Notes under the pieces: generated by a model | The model's database searches: none | The model's input: the letters and a program-made list of their open reading frames with translations, nothing else | Told to the model about the DNA's origin: nothing | Shown here: positions 61,277 through 64,000 of the stretch, in pieces | How the letters are laid out: each line of letters opens with the position of its first letter | Numbering within the stretch: the stretch's first letter is position 1 | Made by a program: the position numbers and the translations under genes | DNA from: Polyangiales bacterium | Lineage (GTDB): Bacteria; Myxococcota_A; Polyangia; Polyangiales; Ga0077539 | DNA length: 64,000 nucleotides | Assembly: GCA_044229975.1 (NCBI GenBank) | Contig: JBGARZ010000009.1 | Location: 64,001-128,000, forward strand | Reading direction: 5' to 3'

Positions 61277-62222
61277 GGGCCGCGGACGCTACCATCGGCC
61301 GAGCGCGGCGAAGGGAGCTGAAGACGAAGGCCGCCGCGGCGAGGCAGAGGCCCGCGCAGACGTCGATGAGGTAGTGCCAGCGGAGGTACATCGTCGCGAC
61401 GATGATCTGCGACGCGACGAAGGCCACGACCGGCCACGTGTAGCGGAAGGGCCGCTCGCGGCGATGGTGAAACGAGAAGAGCGCGAGGAAGGTCGGCGCC
61501 GCCGTGTGCAGGCTGGGGAACACGTCCGCGCGCGCCCCGCCCGAGGCCACGATGCGGCGCATGAGGGGGTACCAGAAGGGGCCGTCGAGGTCGTGGGAGA
61601 AGGTGTTGGCGAGGTGCACGTAGGGCCCGTAGGCGGGGACGATGACGTAGAGCATCTGGCCCGCGCAGTAGAGTGTGGCGATGCCGAGGGTGAACTCCGC
61701 GACGATGTGTCGCCGCCGCTCGACGAACACGATCGGGACGAGGTGCACCGCCAGCAGCGCGAAGTAGCTGAGGTAGAAGAACGACAGCCACTCCGTCGCG
61801 GCCGTGGTCACGTGGGCGTCCCAGGCGACGGATGGTTCGTAGCGTAGCCAGCGCTCATCGAAGCCCAGGAGCCGGTCATCGAGACGCCGCCACCGCGTCG
61901 CGGCCGGCAAGATGAGGTGGAGCTGCGTGAAGGTCGAGAGCACCGGCATGCACGCGGCGATGCGGTACGCGCGCGGCGAGGCCCGCGTGGGGGCGTCGCC
62001 ACGAGACACCGCGACGGCACAGCAGAAGAGCACGAGGTCGAACGAGAGCCACGCGAGGGCCGCGCCGCGGGTGGACCCGGCGCCCTGGGCGACCGCGAGC
62101 AGGAGGAAGAGCAGGTAGGCGATCTGGATGCGCTCGATGAGAGGCGTCGCACGGAGCGCGTCGAGCGTGGGGATGCCGACGAAGCGGCCATTCGGGCCGT
62201 CGATGGTGCCAGGGGTGTTCAT
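61263..62222 (-). CDS. Inositol-phosphorylceramide-synthase (AUR1)-like PAP2 membrane protein
   Basis: FFYLSYF, VPAYGP, FPSLHTA, YLRWHYLIDV; multi-TM. Confidence 0.82.
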   Translation of the reverse strand: MNTPGTIDGPNGRFVGIPTLDALRATPLIERIQIAYLLFLLLAVAQGAGSTRGAALAWLSFDLVLFCCAVAVSRGDAPTRASPRAYRIAACMPVLSTFTQLHLILPAATRWRRLDDRLLGFDERWLRYEPSVAWDAHVTTAATEWLSFFYLSYFALLAVHLVPIVFVERRRHIVAEFTLGIATLYCAGQMLYVIVPAYGPYVHLANTFSHDLDGPFWYPLMRRIVASGGARADVFPSLHTAAPTFLALFSFHHRRERPFRYTWPVVAFVASQIIVATMYLRWHYLIDVCAGLCLAAAAFVFSSLRRARPMVASAAHVHR

Positions 62223-62460
62223 GCGGTCGCTTCCTCGCCGACGGTGGAGCGCGTCGGATGGCGGGTCGCGAAGTCCTTGAGCAAGGCACGCGCCGCAAGG
62301 CGAAGACCCGCGGCTGCCACGCATCGGATGGCGCAAACGCGGTCGACGAAGAGGACGTGCGTGTGGGGCGCGCGGCGAGCGCCGTGGTCACCTCACGCGC
62401 CGGTGGCGTGCGCGCTGGCCACCTGCGGAGGTGCGTCGTTGGGGTGGCGGTGTGAAGAGC

Positions 62461-63369
62461 TCAGTCGTCGGCGAAGACGGCGTCGAGGGAGACGGCGTCG
62501 AGGGCACGGTCGGCCCAGCGCTCGATGCGCGCGACGTCGGTCGTCGCGAGCAGACGCGCCTCGACGTCGGCAGTCACCGCGAAGCCCCTACGTCGGAGGA
62601 TGCGCATGAGCAGTCGGGCTTCACCGCGGGCTTCACCGCGGGCTTCACCGCGAGCCTCGCCCTCGGCGCGGAGGTCAGCCTTCCACTGCTCCAGCGCCGG
62701 GTTCTTGGGGAGTTGATTGATGTCGATCATCGCGGCTCTCCTCACCTGCTCCAACACCGACGGGTGCAGCACAGACATGATGCCTTCCTGCGTCGCCCGT
62801 CGCAATCGTTCGTCCTCTACCGCGTCGCTGCGATCGAGCGCACGTCGCGCCAGGTCGAGCGCGCGGCGACCCTTGCGCCCCTGCGTCACCCACGCGGCGA
62901 ACACCGCCATCTCGGGCGGTCCCTTCGCGAGGATCACCTCCGCTTCGGCGAGCCCCAGGAGCAGCACGGTGGGCACGACGCCCCAACGGGTCGTTCCCTT
63001 CTTGTGCATCGCCACGCGCTGAGCCCAGCGCGCGACCGCCGCTGCAGCCGTGATGACGATGAGCTCTCCGTGGGGCCCGAAGCGATCGCCCATGATCGCC
63101 ATCGCGAGCGGCCATCGCCGCGCCTTCTCCGCGTCGCGCTGCCGCTGCACCTCGATGATGACCCAGCGGCGCACCTTGCGAGCGTCCGGGCTTCGCAGCA
63201 CCAGGTCGGGCGCCACATCGACGGTCAGCGCCGTGCGCAGCACCGAGTCCTCCACCTCCAACTGCGAGGGGCACGGCGCGTGACCCGTGAGGTCGAGCAG
63301 CGTGCGGAGCTGCGACGGATCGTCCCGCAGCCACAGGAGCACCGATTCGTGGATCGTCGTAGGTGGCAT
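62461..63369 (-). CDS. Rpn-like PD-(D/E)XK nuclease-fold protein with GEAR repeats
   Basis: APDLVL..IIEVQRQRD..K..RWP; (GEAR)x4 from 12-bp tandem repeats; tail RIERWADRALDAVSLDAVF. Confidence 0.75.
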   Translation of the reverse strand: MPPTTIHESVLLWLRDDPSQLRTLLDLTGHAPCPSQLEVEDSVLRTALTVDVAPDLVLRSPDARKVRRWVIIEVQRQRDAEKARRWPLAMAIMGDRFGPHGELIVITAAAAVARWAQRVAMHKKGTTRWGVVPTVLLLGLAEAEVILAKGPPEMAVFAAWVTQGRKGRRALDLARRALDRSDAVEDERLRRATQEGIMSVLHPSVLEQVRRAAMIDINQLPKNPALEQWKADLRAEGEARGEARGEARGEARLLMRILRRRGFAVTADVEARLLATTDVARIERWADRALDAVSLDAVFADD

Positions 63370-63380
63370 GCGACGCAGAC

Positions 63381-63463
63381 ATCGCAGCGTGCATGCCACG
63401 CGTATTCATCGAAAAACAAAGCATCGCCGGGGTGGCGGCGGGGTGGCGGCGAGGGGTGGCGGT
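63381..63463 (-). promoter_or_regulatory. Putative sigma-54 promoter cassette matching the recA one
   Basis: Minus strand TGGCATG-CACG-CTGC (63398-63384); AAGCATCGC at 63419; GGTGGCGGC/T at 63431, 63442 and 63455. Confidence 0.55.
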
Positions 63464-63477
63464 GACGTGCCGCGAGC

Positions 63478-63978
63478 CTACACCGTCCCGATGAGGCGCT
63501 CGCGCTCCCGATCGATAGCTTGCTTGATCTCGTGCGCGGCCCAGGCCGGTCCGAGCTGCACGTCGACGTGCGGTGTCTTGTCTCCTGGAGCGGGATTGAA
63601 GATCAGGGCGCAGTTCTCCGGCGCGGGCCACCAGGCATCGTCGCCGAAGTCGTCGGGATGGACGTCGATATGGGCCTGCGCCGCGGGCATCTTCCGCCGC
63701 CACCACGGAACACCCAGGAAGCGACGCGACAGGACGAAGAGTCCGTCCTCCCAACGCAGGTCGAAGGTCAGCGTCAGGCGGAAGAACGCCCACCCCACTG
63801 GCACCCATGCCGCCATCTTGAGTGCCGACCGTGGCGCCTCGAAGAGAAGCGGGAGGCACAAGTAACCGGACAGGAGAAAGAGCGCGAGACCCAGGCTGAT
63901 GAGCGCCCATTGGTCGTAGCCGCCGACCGCGAAGCCCGATGGCATCGACCGCATCCACACCTGTCGCGCGAGACGCAC
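63478..63978 (-). CDS. Hypothetical membrane protein (may start beyond the window)
   Basis: Two hydrophobic segments followed by a soluble tail; true start not determinable. Confidence 0.5.
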   Translation of the reverse strand: MRLARQVWMRSMPSGFAVGGYDQWALISLGLALFLLSGYLCLPLLFEAPRSALKMAAWVPVGWAFFRLTLTFDLRWEDGLFVLSRRFLGVPWWRRKMPAAQAHIDVHPDDFGDDAWWPAPENCALIFNPAPGDKTPHVDVQLGPAWAAHEIKQAIDRERERLIGTV

Positions 63979-64000
63979 CCGACGGCCCGTCGGCGGTGGG

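Overview
Very GC-rich bacterial chromosomal window with myxobacterial (Myxococcota-like) hallmarks: Cys-rich, FG-GAP and Kelch lipoproteins, a Ser/Thr kinase, Uma2/Rpn-like nucleases and sigma-54-type promoters. The taxonomy is an inference. Recognisable content includes recA; a transglutaminase / alpha-E / circularly permuted ATP-grasp peptide-ligase locus; a sulfate-assimilation cluster (cysC-sir-cysH, XRE-cupin regulator, SsuABC-like transporter); and an ECF sigma factor with a giant ZAS-FecR-VIT-vWA partner. It also has a divergent DUF1116-fdrA-namZ operon, two complete IS elements with visible TIRs and target duplications, several unrelated palindromic repeat families and three gene remnants. 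The most unusual signals are: (1) a Gly-codon-rich 31-aa leader ORF with an attenuator-like hairpin directly upstream of two non-canonical tRNA-Gly genes (55.1-55.5 kb); (2) an identically spaced sigma-54 + AAGCATCGC + tandem GGTGGCGGC promoter cassette shared by recA and an Rpn-like nuclease 61 kb apart; (3) a cytoplasmic di-iron enzyme coupled to a lipoprotein with a Cys/Trp-rich tail; (4) a 1.97-kb IS with a textbook-looking -1 frameshift signal. All family assignments come from motif recognition by eye; no searches were run.
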